Positions 38,201 through 50,829 of a stretch of 64,000 bases of DNA are shown here, piece after piece (the stretch's first letter is position 1; each line of letters begins with the position of its first letter). Both the position numbers and the translations under genes were made by a program. Below the pieces are notes generated by a model. The model did no database searches. It saw only the letters and a list, made by a program, of their open reading frames with translations, and was not told where the DNA came from. The stretch is from Marsupella aquatica (lineage: Eukaryota > Plantae > Marchantiophyta): the NCBI GenBank assembly GCA_973895155.1, contig OZ316897.1, forward strand, positions 18,799,011 to 18,863,010, given 5' to 3'.

Positions 38201-41200
38201 GCTACGGCATGATATCATATAATCCTAGATCTTCGTTCGTTAAAATTCTCTTCATTATCTTATTCTCTCGAATCTGAAACGTGTGTGTGCTTGTCCAATG
38301 AATTGTTGTCAATTCTCTCTTGGATAGCTAACCAGCAAAATACCATTTATTCACGAGCAGGTCATTTCACATTCCCCAATTGAGCTCCCTGTGGAGAGTA
38401 TTATCCCTATTCGTATGAGAGAGAGTCAGCTGCCAACGTCACCTTTCTATGATAATTGTTCAGGTAAAAATTTTCGCCATCTATGTGAGTGACCTCTTTT
38501 CTGAAATGAGCTCCTGGCTGTTTTATGACGGCCAACGTAGTTGCCTTGAATTACTTCCAAACCTGCGTGGCGGCCATGACGCTCTTCTACATCATGTCAT
38601 ATTACGTTCTACTTTTCTGCGTTTCCAAATTTTGATCAGCCAAGGAGTCCCAAATATCAGGTGCTTGCTCTGTTTCTTGGTCAAAGATATCTGATGACTG
38701 TTTTTCATTGGACAGATGACGGTGGACCAGACGTAGATCCCAAAATTGACCTCATACCAACAGATCTATTGGCTTCATCTCCAGCATCTTCACCTTATCC
38801 ATGGATGATCGTTAAGGCCTATCCCGAGGATCTGCCTTCGCCAAAAGAGGTTCTGTTTGAGCAACGACATCATGAAGAGTTTGACTCTAGAAGTACTGGT
38901 ACTCGTATGATTTTGGATGGTTTGGACTGGACCAACAAAGTTGTACTTCATTTTGAGCACGATGGACAAGACAATGGAGATTTTGACCAGTTGGAAAGCG
39001 CACATTTGACAACAACAAACAAAGGTTTAACGGCTGAGCATATGCTGCCAGGTATATCTCTTTCACCTCACTTTATTTGAACAGCGTCCCCTAATCTCTT
39101 TGTTCGACCAGAAGTTTAAAATAATATCAACATTCATATGGCTACGAATGCTCCAGTCGGTGGGAGTATCGATTTGGAAGAACTTGAACTCTTTTTGTTC
39201 AATTCTCGTCACCTACTCTTCTCCTTCAAGGCTGTCCCAGCTTTCATTTACGCTTCATTTAATTGTTATGGTCCACCAGTTGTTACATAACACTCGATGT
39301 ATCAGTTAATTGTCTTGTATGCAAAGCAGTCGTCTTAGTCTGTTTGTGTCAAACCATAACAGGAACTTATTGGATGGCAGTAGGGGACCGCAAAGCCAAC
39401 GTGGTTTCTCAGGCAGCACATCAACACCGATCTTTTAAAACATCTGATCACCCTGATCTGGACTATTTTGACTCTCCTGATCAGCTTCGCGGGACAGGTT
39501 TTCATCGTTGTCAAAATAGTGCTGACGCTGTTTCTGCTACCCAATCAGGCGTGGTTTTAATTAATTCACCTTCCTCTCTGTTACTGCCTAAAAAACCAAC
39601 AGCCAACGGCTCGCCGAAGCCCTTTGATCAGAGTGACAAAATCAGAGCGAACTCAAAATGTCTGCAACAGAGAGAAGAGCAAGGAAACAACTTAAACGAG
39701 CAGAGACAGACAGCTGGCTCCAGTCCACGTCCAAAGACACTTGCAAATCACAGTTCTGATAATGGTACTCCAGTTTATCACCTAGCTAAGTCACTGCACA
39801 CCGTTGAGTTTGTTGAAGCAACACCAGATGAGAAAGACGTGGGAAGTCCTTCTAGCGAAGCAAGACTTCTCAAAGAGACAGTTCAGGCAAGGGTTTTGTG
39901 CTTTGAAGAACTGAGCCCTCGTTTAGCTGAATTTGCCAACCACGGGGTTGTTCCTTCTACCCCTGGTAAAGAAAGGACACCCATTTCTGGTAAAGTATCA
40001 GTTTTGTTTGATCTTAGAACTGTTTCGACGGAAGGGCGCCCCTACCTTCCTTCCAATGGTAAAATACACATCCCGAACATACGGTCACCCTCGAATATTC
40101 TGAAACCTCCGAGGAATTCCATATCCCCTTTGCCATCATCCTCTTTAGCAACCGATAAGGATGCATACTCTCAGTGTAGATCCCAAAAGCAATTGCAGGG
40201 TTTGCCTTCGGTCTCAGACTTTGCTCACCCTGTTGAGGATGTTTCTCCCGAACCAAGAATCCTTTTAAAAGTCAGACCGCTTACCTTTGATTCTCCAAGG
40301 TCCGAAGAGTTGCCTGTGCCGAACCAAAATACAACAGGAGTCAATAATGGCAACGATCCATCCAAGCAAGCTGCTGGAAACCTTTCGAAAGCGAACGCCA
40401 GATCTCCGCTGCAAATCCCGAGTTATAAGAGTAGTGGAGAAGACTGGAAAATCAATGATGGTGAGGCATCTGCATCTGTTCAGAAGCCTCGACAATTGAA
40501 GAGACTTTGTAGAGCTCGGGAGAAACTACCTATCTCCTTGGTGGAAGAGAGTTCGAAGAGGAATCACAATCGCGCTGTCCAAGAGGTCAGAAACCAGGTG
40601 AAGGATTCTAGATCAGGAAGAGGTACGCATGGTTGGCACTCAACTTTGTCGCTTTGCAATCAAATAACTGTAGGATGGGATACGAAGGAGTTAATCGATG
40701 TCACTGTTTTCTTGGTAATTGTTCTGAAATTTTGTTATTAATCCGGGATTTGTATTCCACGCTCAGCTCAACAACGTCAGCAACAGCTTGCAGCAAGGGC
40801 ATTCATCGATGAAGAAGCAGAGTAAGTTTCCGCAACGTTGCTAGACGAGTAATTCCATGTGAACTTGCATACTGCTTTAATATTGTTATTCCTTTTGATA
40901 TAATTAGAGCGATTTTATTTTGCGGTAACGATAAGCATGCCTTCTGTTAATAACGACAGTAAACTAGAGATCTCCGGAAACATAATTCTATTTGGCTTTA
41001 TTCTTTGGTTCTAGTCTTTGACGAAATTTCCTCTGGACAATTTAACAGAGTCTCCTCAGATGACGAGGATGATAGCTTATCTGAGGAAGATGACCATGAA
41101 GACAAGGAGGACTCCTCCTTGGAAGGGTTTATTGACACAGCAGGAACACAACATCTTAATGGATCAGTAGACATGATCAACATCTACAGGTTGGTCTATA

Positions 41201-42041
41201 GTCTTAATTCGATATCCACTTCCTTACAACATAAAAATGTATTATTCTTCAAATCGCATGTCTCAACACGAAACTCAGGTCGGAGGTGAATTTTATCCAG
41301 CAGCTGAGAAAGCTTTTTTAAGTCCGTGCATGTCTCACGATTTGGCAAATACAAATTCGGTACAAGTCTGAGCTTTTTGCCTTTATCGATGCTATACCCT
41401 CCCTCGTCTATGGTTAAACTGAACTTCTGGATGAAATGTCCATATGGAACAGGAAGTCCCTGCTCACGCCATCACCACTGGGATATCTCGGTGGTAAACA
41501 GATTGACCTGCGGCAATGGAACTCTACAGCTTCATCGGATGTCTCCCCAAGCTCCATGGATCTATCTTCTGCAAGCCGTGGTTTAGAAGACTTATCAGAC
41601 TTTAGTGCTGCACCCAGTATAAGGAAATCTTCATTTGTAAGTCCTCAAAACACCATGCAGACAACGCGAGTTATGGACCCTGCCATGGACAGTGTAGTGG
41701 GTGAAGGAAAATTGAGGGAAGCTATTGCCGCAAACACAGCGCTAGGAACTGAGGTTGAAAGGCCAGAGGACCAGGACCGCAACAAGGCAGAATTTCGAAA
41801 AAGAAAATTGAGTTTCCAAAGTAGCTCTAGTTATGACGATGACATTTTTGAGGGCGTTGATCTGGATGCTCTGGAAGCAGAAGCAACTGAGATATCGCGA
41901 ATGCGTAGCCAAGCTCAGGTTATTTCTAGTAACGCTCCCCAAGAGCAAGTTGTCCCTCGTACAGGTTCTCTGCCTTCTCGACTTCACAAGGATAATGAAT
42001 TCCAATTTATGCCCTCGTTCGACCTCGGGCTTGGCGACTAA
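32201..42041 (+). CDS. FANCM: FANCM DEAH-box DNA helicase/translocase, ~22 exons (span given)
   Basis: Inferred exons: 32201-32221, 32431-32788, 33060-33203, 33461-33658, 33795-33886, 34071-34125, 34257-34378, 34511-34624, 34842-35035, 35491-35618, 35800-35860, 36208-36278, 36725-36774, 36994-37159, 37566-37693, 37826-38143, then less certain exons to 42041. Motifs: [114 protein letters not shown]. Confidence 0.96.
37160..37565 (+). other. U12-type (minor spliceosome) AT-AC intron in FANCM
   Basis: 5' ATATCCTTG at 37160, branch site GCCTTGAC at 37547-37554, 3' AC at 37564-37565. Splicing gives in-frame [16 protein letters not shown]. Confidence 0.92.
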
Positions 42042-45000
42042 GGAGTGATTACTTCTCCCATCAAGTGCGGTAACTTGGAGTCCCTTTGTTGAATGGTAAA
42101 GCAGATTCATGGTCGAAATAGCTTCAGTGATATCTCGTCACGGTTATTTATGTTTCAGGTGCATGCCCTGTCTATTTTAATCGTTCTTTCGTATCTAAAT
42201 TGCTCAAGTTGTTTTCGTATCATTCATTTCTTTCTTCTTATGACATGTCCTGTTTAGATGGATGCTGGATTCCAATATCAATATCTCAGCTATAGGGAAA
42301 CGCCATGGAACGCAGGCGGGTTTTTACAGACTTGAAGCGACTGGCAGATAAAAAAACACTTCAGTCTCATTATGATGATTGAATTTTTATCAGTTATGTT
42401 TCACAAGCAGGCATTGACTGAACTGCGAAGTGTCTGTTTCTTTTTTGATACAGCCAATGCAGATCTTTGAAGTTAAGATCATTCATATTCCGACAGTGCA
42501 TGAAAGCTCCGCTAAAGGAAGGGTTTGGAGGAAAGGGAAAGTGCCAGATTCTGACGGACGCTCGGAATCATCTCCTGTCACAAACTACAGAACATAAAAG
42601 GTAGTTTCAGATTCCGATCTCGACCTCACATCTTCGACAAAATCTTGTCAATGGAAATCATCTATCTTCTCAGAGTAGATTCGCTGTTCGACAAAATCCG
42701 TGCTGTGTTTACATCAGCATGGGGTTGTGCGTCAAACGATATGAAAAAAAAAATTGCCTCCGTACACGGCCCAATTTACTTTTCTCTAAATCATCTCTAA
42801 TAGCTGCCAATTGGAAGGCATCGCCGACAACTTTCAAACGTAAGCAAACGTTACAATCCGTCAAGAAATGAGCTTCATCAAGCTGCTTATGACTACTCGT
42901 TCATAGTAATCGACATTTTAGCAAACGTAGGTCATTTTGGGCACGATGCTAACTGAGACTCACACTATTCTGACGGTTCTGATTTTAACAGGTACTTTCC
43001 TGCCAACAGTTCCTCTGCGGGGTTTCCATCAAGGAACAAGGAACTGGGAAACTGTTATATCTGTATACTTCTGTTTTGAGCAGTGTTCTATACGGGGCCC
43101 ACGAAAAGCACCTTGCTGAGGTCCACTGTTTCAAGGCTATTCTGCGTACCTAGTGAGATGGGTCGTGATTCCTTTTTTTATTTTAGTATATGTAAGTTTG
43201 TTGTCTACTCGATGTGATGCGTCAATTCCTTCGTCTGGACCCCAAAGTAGTACTACGGAGTGATTGGTAGACATGGAAGCCGCTCCGTCTCTGTTAGTGG
43301 AGATTTCTTATGAAATAGAAAGAGATTGTGTATTTCTGCTCCATTAGTTTTTCCAGCTAATAGAGGCTTCTGTTGACTTCGTCCGTCTTCAGGAGAGAAC
43401 TAACATGGTCTCGGGGCGAAGGAAAGATACCATCAAACCTCGTACGATTACCAAAGCGCAGAACTGCAAGTTTTACTTACTATGTATCCTCCCCAAGGCA
43501 ACACACTTTCCGAGGAAGGTGAAAACAGAGCGGGACCTGCCAATAGCACTAGTACTGGTTCTCCTGGAGTTCCATAGCTTTACCCTGTTTTTTACCAGCC
43601 CGCAGAACTCATCGTCTGGTGTGCCAACACGACAGACTACCCGATTGAGAGAAAGTCAGATGGCCAGCTTCATCTCCTACTCTTGTAGTGGAGCCGGGAA
43701 CAACGTGTCGTATCTCTCGAAGGTGAGACAATGTCGTTTGAGGATTAACTCTGTCGAGGACGAACACTTCGCCACAGTATTATGGCCATTCCAAATGCCG
43801 CTTGGAGAAGGCCGATTTCAATCCTCCAGTGATCTCTTTGCTTTAGCATAGGTTTCCGCGCTGTGAAGTTTAACTCCTTCCGACAGATCTTCCGACAGAT
43901 CTTTCTGCATCGTCTTGTTGTTGTTGATGACTTGACCCATCAGCTTCCTGAACAGGTGACTACTTGTCTCACCACTGAACTGCAAATCTCTTGTTTTTCA
44001 TCGCATCACGGTCCATTCCTTGTTTGAAGTCCTTGGAAACATAACAACACTGCGACCCATGTATCCCAAGTAGAGAGCCTTATGTTTTTATGACCGAATT
44101 ACGGGAATTAAAAGGTCAAGGCCGGACTATCCTTTGCTTACGAAATGCGGCCCCTGATGGTGAGGCCAAGGCGGTGAATCTTCAATCAAGTTGTGGGTGC
44201 ATGCCTGCGGTATGATTGGTTTTCAATTGTCGATGGCGACGCGCATGATGGGAAGTCTCACTCTTAGGAATGCATCCAAATCAAAGGTATCCTGACATGA
44301 TCTCGAGTTTTCTCCTCACGTATGCTCTAGCACGAAGCTTCAGATCTTTGCACGGCTTGCGACGGATGTGAGCAGAAGTGAACGCCTATAGAGTGTGTTG
44401 TCCACCTCTGTTCAAGTGCTTCAGCGTATAGACAGAAGACATCGACTCTGGACAGAGACTAGCCCCATGGATATGTTCTACGCTCCTTAGATTTAGTCAA
44501 AGTTCTATGCACTTGGATAACGACGTATGTAGAATGATGCAGATTTGTTCCCTGTGCTATGGAAGGGCTCCACATCTCAGTAAACGTTTGCCAGCGCCAG
44601 GAGTTCGAGGCCCTTTCCATATTATATTAAAAACTTCAGGAACATTTTTCTCCCGGATGCTTCGTGTAAAACGCTCTACATACGTTTGAATATGATCTAA
44701 AATGCCAAACCCCATCTGAAACAACCACAAATTTCAAAAGCAAGTGCACTTTTATTGCGAAAAAACCCAAGACTACTTTGATAAGACTAGCTCGTAGCAA
44801 TTAGTGATCTGCAACTGAAGAAATCCTCGTCTAAATGTACGTACTTTACACATGAAATAGGAGTTTCTGAAAAGGAGGCACAGGAATAGAGATTGGTGAT
44901 CATAGCCGATCACTAAATCAGCTGTACCATGGTTGCAAAGTAAAATAAAGTCCACTCCGATCTCGTAGCGCAGATGATTTTGATTGAATTAAATATCCCC

Positions 45001-48000
45001 TATACGTGTACATGCCATGTACTTGGAGGTTCTGAGAACGAGCTGCAAGGAAAGAAGCTGCTTTCAACCCATCGAGTCAGTTTCTTATACTTGAATTTCA
45101 AACCCTGCATCCTGGCCGGCCTGCATCGAGAGTAAATTGAGGATCTGCGGTCCTGAATAGTAGTTACTCATGGAGACGCAGATATATTGCTGATGCCTTC
45201 GAGTTAGTTCCACAGCCATTCTGTGCGTCTTGCAAATCCGTATTGACAACATGGCTTCATCGTTGCAGCTGGCCCATGTGTCCATTTCGCTGTTTTTGGC
45301 GAGGTTCAATCCTGACGGGAGAGTTATGGACGGATTCTTCGTGTTCCCTACTCTTTTGCCTATGATGGTACTCGTGCTGGAGTCCTTCTTAGAATTACGA
45401 GGTGACTCAAGGTGGCGAGAAAATACGAAGCCGCTGAAAGTGCCTAAGAAGTGCAGGAGCAGAAGGCTTATTCCTGATTGTCAAGAGAAGCATTCTCAAT
45501 TGAAGCAATCGGCCATGGAACCTGTACAACCGCAAAGTGAAGAATCCGAATGCCGAGAAACGGAGCCTAGCCTTCGGATTCAGCTACTGAGGCATAGGTA
45601 CGAGATGCAGAGAATGCATCGGATTGCCCTCGCTATTCAATGAATCCGAGAAGACTTCACCATCAACCTGAAGTGATCTTCATCACCGGATCATGGAGGC
45701 GCGCTCAGCTTCTGAACTCTCGAACTGTCACTGACAAACGAGACGTGCAGATTGAGGTGGCAAGACAGGAAAAGCTCGTAGACCAAAATCTCGATAGAAT
45801 CCTCGACATAAATCATTTGAGAAGCAGACATGACAAGCTCCAAATCAATACTATTGATGGCGAACGACTGCAGTCAAGGCAATCACGCCGACCTCTCAAC
45901 TGACGCCAGTACGTAGACCGTGACTATTTTCCATTGAAAGAGTACGTAAGATTCATCACGAGGGTTCAGTCAGATTCTGCCAGTAGACGGTGACCAGTGA
46001 CTATTCTGAATCGAAAGAGGGAATTCAAAATCTCTTGGAGCTCATGCATGTCTGCTCGGTTTGCCGATAACTGGAGCCCTATTGACTATATGTCCGTAAG
46101 ATGGAGCAGTAATTGAGGTATGATTGTGAAGGGGATTGTTGGGTGGTCGGGATTTTTGCTGTTCCAGCACGGGTATTCAGACCAGTATAAGTATACATAA
46201 GTTGACGGCCGTTTTTGGTGTGCGGATCGTATCCGAAAATGGCCCGAGTGAGCTATAAAAAGGACCTCCAACACGAGAGTCGCTCACGAACCTCAGTCCA
46301 ACCATAAACTGACAAAACTATACGACGGCTCGGAGCATTCCATGAAGGCTCCGCCTTGCTTATTGTTCGACATCTTAAATTATGCATACATATCAGTGTA
46401 ACCAGATAATATAACAATTTTCTGGCAAGTTGTTTAAGAGCAGAAATGCAACGGCAGGGACATCAATCATTCAAAATCTAGAAGGGAGTTTTGACGCGAT
46501 CGATACAAAGCACTGCACGCATTACCGAAATTGAATTGGTCACGAGATATCTGCATATTTAAGGTGATTAGAAAGGGGCTCCCTCATTACCAACGCCAAG
46601 AAATTAAGTGAAGCTTTCTCCCCAGTACAAACACAAAATGTGACGACAAAGACGAGAGAATCAGTCACAAAAGCGTCTCCAGTTGGTACCCAAGAACGCC
46701 ATCTGGCTGGCTGGCAGCGGTGCAGCAATGGCACACCGCATTAGATACACTGATCAACAGTTCACTTTGTAAAATGAGAACGATTAGTTAGTGTGACTAA
46801 AAAACCCTTCACTGTTTTTCTCTTCGGGTTTTTTGGAATGGAATCAGGCCGGCCTGCATGGGGCAGTGTGCAATTTGTCCAAGGCAGCTGAAAAATGTGG
46901 TCGATCAGTCAGATTGCAATTTGGCCATGTTTGTCGTAAGTGTGAAGAGAAAGAAGAAGAAAATCTAGTATAGAAATAGTAACTAAGAATAAAAAGATCT
47001 ATCACACTATCTAAACCACTGTAACATTACTTAGACAACCACTCTGTTAACTTGTGTGACTTCTATACAAGTGATGATCAACATACTAATTTCGAATTTG
47101 GAGAGAAACAACATCAACCATCAGATATGCAGTGAGTGTTGTTCCAGCCATTGGATCTGCCAAAACTTGTCCTGGGCTAAAAAGGCTCCCTATTGTTTGC
47201 ATCTCCTTCCCTTAGACCACCTTTTGTCCCCACCTAATGATTTTTGAAATAGGCCAGTCCAGGCAGGGCACTTTTCACCGAGACCCTTTTGTTAACTCCC
47301 TCTGCACCCTCCCTGTGCACCCTCAGCTTCCAGCGTTACCTCACCAAGTCTCCTCTTGGTGCAGTCAAACCCATCTTGAATGTTGTGTGATACATGTAAT
47401 CAAACCCATCTTGGAGTGTTGTGTGATACATGTAATCTTTTGTACCTCATCGTCTAACATGTCAACCACACTTTTGCAACCACAATTGTGCTAGTTCAAA
47501 TATACTACCGCTCCCTTCGATCCTAAGCCATAATTACAGGCAATAATATGGCCCCTAATAGCCCACAAGGCCGCTGTAAACAGAGTTTCTTGATACATAC
47601 AAGCCCCTTTCTAGGCAGACCACGAGTCATGCATAGACCAATGAAGCAAAGACAAGGAAGGGGCAAGAGTGACCCATAGACACTGTAGAACCAAAGACCC
47701 ACAGCAGAAGTAACCCACACACTACTAAAGGAACCAAAGTCAGACCATGAGGAGGAGTAACCCTTGGACTAGTACAAGGACCAGCGACCAGCAGCAGAGA
47801 CCATGAGAAGGAGTAATCCATAGATCACAAGGACCAAAAGACCAGGAGTAACCAATAGAATTATAAGGAGCGGAAGACCAGGTGCACCAGTACCTTAAAC
47901 CAGAGGGCTATCATTACCATGCAAGCAAACAGGAGAAAAGCTACTCTTGCCAAAAATAATTCCTTGCACTACCATACTTTCATCTCATATGAGGAAACAC

Positions 48001-50292
48001 CCTAAATCCACCATTTTGCAAGGAATTAAACAAAACTTGGTTTTAAATAACCTATATAGGTGTGTTTTTCTTAATATAATCCAGGTTTCGGACTCCTCTT
48101 CTGACTAATGAATTTGGCTAGCCATATAGAGTCCTAGAAATGCACTAGAAATCCCAAAGTTAACCCAAATCAAAAGCAGTTTGGAATCTTGACGGAGTGA
48201 GCAGGGGTCCCACTTGGTGGGATGGCAACTCCGCTTTGCTGTTTGAGACTTGATTGACTGAAGCACTCTTCTGTGTTGTCATGGCACTTGCTGGGATTTT
48301 TCTTTTCATGACCATGCTTGTTTGTAATAAGACTCGTTGAAGGGAAATTTGATCCACCAAGGCTGCTCCCTGACATGTTCAAGTTATCCTAGTTGTTTTC
48401 TGCCCACTAGTCTCGATTTCCGAAGGACTAAATACACCAATTTGCTATTCTGGCAGTGCTTTTTATTGGGACTCCAATTGCTCTATACTGGTTCCTGATT
48501 GTTGGATAGTAGTTGTTCATAGATTGCTCATGTTCCAACACGGATAGAAATATGGCTGGCACTTCTAACTTTGCTATCATTTCTAGTGTCTGCAATCACA
48601 CTATTATATTTGACTAATGTCATATGAATACTTATATAACCATTTGATGTCAGGGGACATGGACGATGAGATTCTGGAGTTTAGAATTTTGATGTTTGTG
48701 AGGAAGTTACATCACCTGTCCTTGCACAAGCATTGAAACCAAACGTGAAAGGCAAATACGTATATACACTTCAGAAGGAGAGTTTTCCTTTACCATAAAC
48801 GAAAATCATCCTCTGTAGAGTCATTGTGTTTCCTGTCAGGACCCATAGCTCAAGAAGCAGGAACAGCCAGGGCCACCAAAGACCATAAAAGAAAATCCAC
48901 CCTTTGTGCAATCATTATAGCATGTTCATCTCAGAACATGCCTCTCGTTTTGTCTTATAGAGATATGTAATTCATCTAATTTATTTATGATAAAAGAAAA
49001 GTAGATGTAAGGTATATGCCAAGAAATAGAACCTGTTAATAAAGAGTCAATGAGATAATACATAAAACCATAAGTACATATGCAAAGAAAAGTACATATA
49101 CAAAGAAAAGTACATAATGACCAGGAAAGTACAAAGGTACTGAAGAGTTGCGCATTTAAGGTATAGATTTTCACTTGTTTAGGTAATGACAGTCAACTTA
49201 ATTAAAACCATAAATTTTATAAAGGAAACCAGGGGGAACTTAGTACACCAAATGTGCACATTATTCAAAAATATTTCTCTCACTCTCATGAGAAAAGACA
49301 TAATTCAAGAAAGAGTGATTGAAAAGGAAAGATTAAACATTTATGGGGGAGCCAAAATCAAAATACTGAACACAAAATCACTGCCTTTAGAAAAGAATGA
49401 AGTCACCTCTGACATTCGACAATAAAATCGATGGGATGGAAACAGTAATTTTCTCCACAGAAGCTTCACGAGTACATTGCTAGTAAGAAAGAATCAGAGA
49501 CTCGTTGGAAGTTTCCAATTTGTGTTTCGTACATCAGCAGTTACATGTAAGTTCAAATGTAATGACAGCAGACTTTCAGACAAACAGAATTCATACAGTT
49601 TTTGGAAGAAACATGCAATTCATGCAATGAATTTTCTAACATCTTCTTAGAGTTCGAGTTTGAGCAAGCTGAGTCACTGCGGCCATTGCAATCCCGACAC
49701 ATTGCAACAACGGTGTTTCCTTCACATTCATACCTGTTTTACCGAAGTTGGAGACCTTTCCCATGCCTAGTACTTGTCTGACCTGAGTTGGAGACAGGTT
49801 TTTTGTTTCCCACAGCTATGATCCAGACAACTGAGCTGCACGTGACTAAAGTTGTGGAGTATGATATGATCAGTGTATGTCCGAAAGAAACTTCCAAAAC
49901 ATTGGCTGTACATGATGATTCTCGGAAATCATTCTAAGGCACGGGAAACGGTTAATGGCTTCCCAGCTTAAGCTTTGCAACCATTTCACGATCTAGAGCT
50001 GAATCTCTGCACACCTCCCTGATCTCTTAGAAGATAAGTTCCTGCCTGCAGACAGGGTTGGACCAGACACATCATGGGACACGTCGAGGCTGCTGACATG
50101 GAATTGACCCCTGGTTTCATCTGTGTACACCAAGACATGTTGATTCCATAAATACATGCAGACGGCATCAAGGAGCCTTGGAACAGCTAAAAAGGCACAA
50201 TTTGGGACTGTCAACAGCATATTCAATATTCTCCCTTACTTCACAAAATTGAATCATTGAGTCAGCATGGAAAGAGTCCTAAACAAAGTACC

Positions 50293-50784
50293 TTAATTAC
50301 TGACTAGGACTTTGAGAGCTCGAAGTATTGATGCGAAAAGGCCCTTCAACTGAGAAGCATACTCTTCTTCTGTAGTTGTGCTGACAGGATCCACTTCAAA
50401 GCCCCATGATACAAGCGTTTGCCCATCGTCAACGCTCCTAGCACTGACGTGTGCTACATAGCCTGTCCAGCCAACGTTAGACTTTTCCATGCCGTAGCTT
50501 GTCGTATGGTTCACATCGTCACAATGTAGAAATCTCTCCGTAGCCTCAATTTTGCTACCATCAGGCGAAGGCGCCACTAGGGCACGAACGGAACCAACTT
50601 TGTTCACTTCTCCTTCGACCGTATGACAAGACGAAAATGCCTCTGGGAAGTGCTTATGGAGCCCATCAAAATCTGTGAGGAGCGACCAAACCTTTTCCAT
50701 GGGGGCTGGAATGATCTCAGTTACTCTGCCTCTCCACTTGCAATCTTGCTTCGCTTCGGCCATGACTGGAGCAAAATACGCCAT
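50293..50784 (-). CDS. START/Bet v1-fold polyketide cyclase/dehydrase-like (lachrymatory-factor-synthase-like) protein
   Basis: KWRGRVTEIIPAPMEKVWSLLTDFDGLHKHFP...CHTVEGE..KVGSVR...ATERFL..DD.NHTTSY...GWTGY...VSWGFEVDP. Intact 163-aa ORF, with an alternative start at 50763. Confidence 0.88.
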   Translation of the reverse strand: MAYFAPVMAEAKQDCKWRGRVTEIIPAPMEKVWSLLTDFDGLHKHFPEAFSSCHTVEGEVNKVGSVRALVAPSPDGSKIEATERFLHCDDVNHTTSYGMEKSNVGWTGYVAHVSARSVDDGQTLVSWGFEVDPVSTTTEEEYASQLKGLFASILRALKVLVSN

Positions 50785-50829
50785 GACTGGAGAAAAATAC
50801 TTGGAGCAAAATACGTGATGGCCCCTCTA

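Noticed and set aside
43400-45903. Several 90-150 aa ORFs downstream of FANCM
   Set aside because: No recognisable domains and frequent stops. Possibly pseudogenic, but unsupported without a search.
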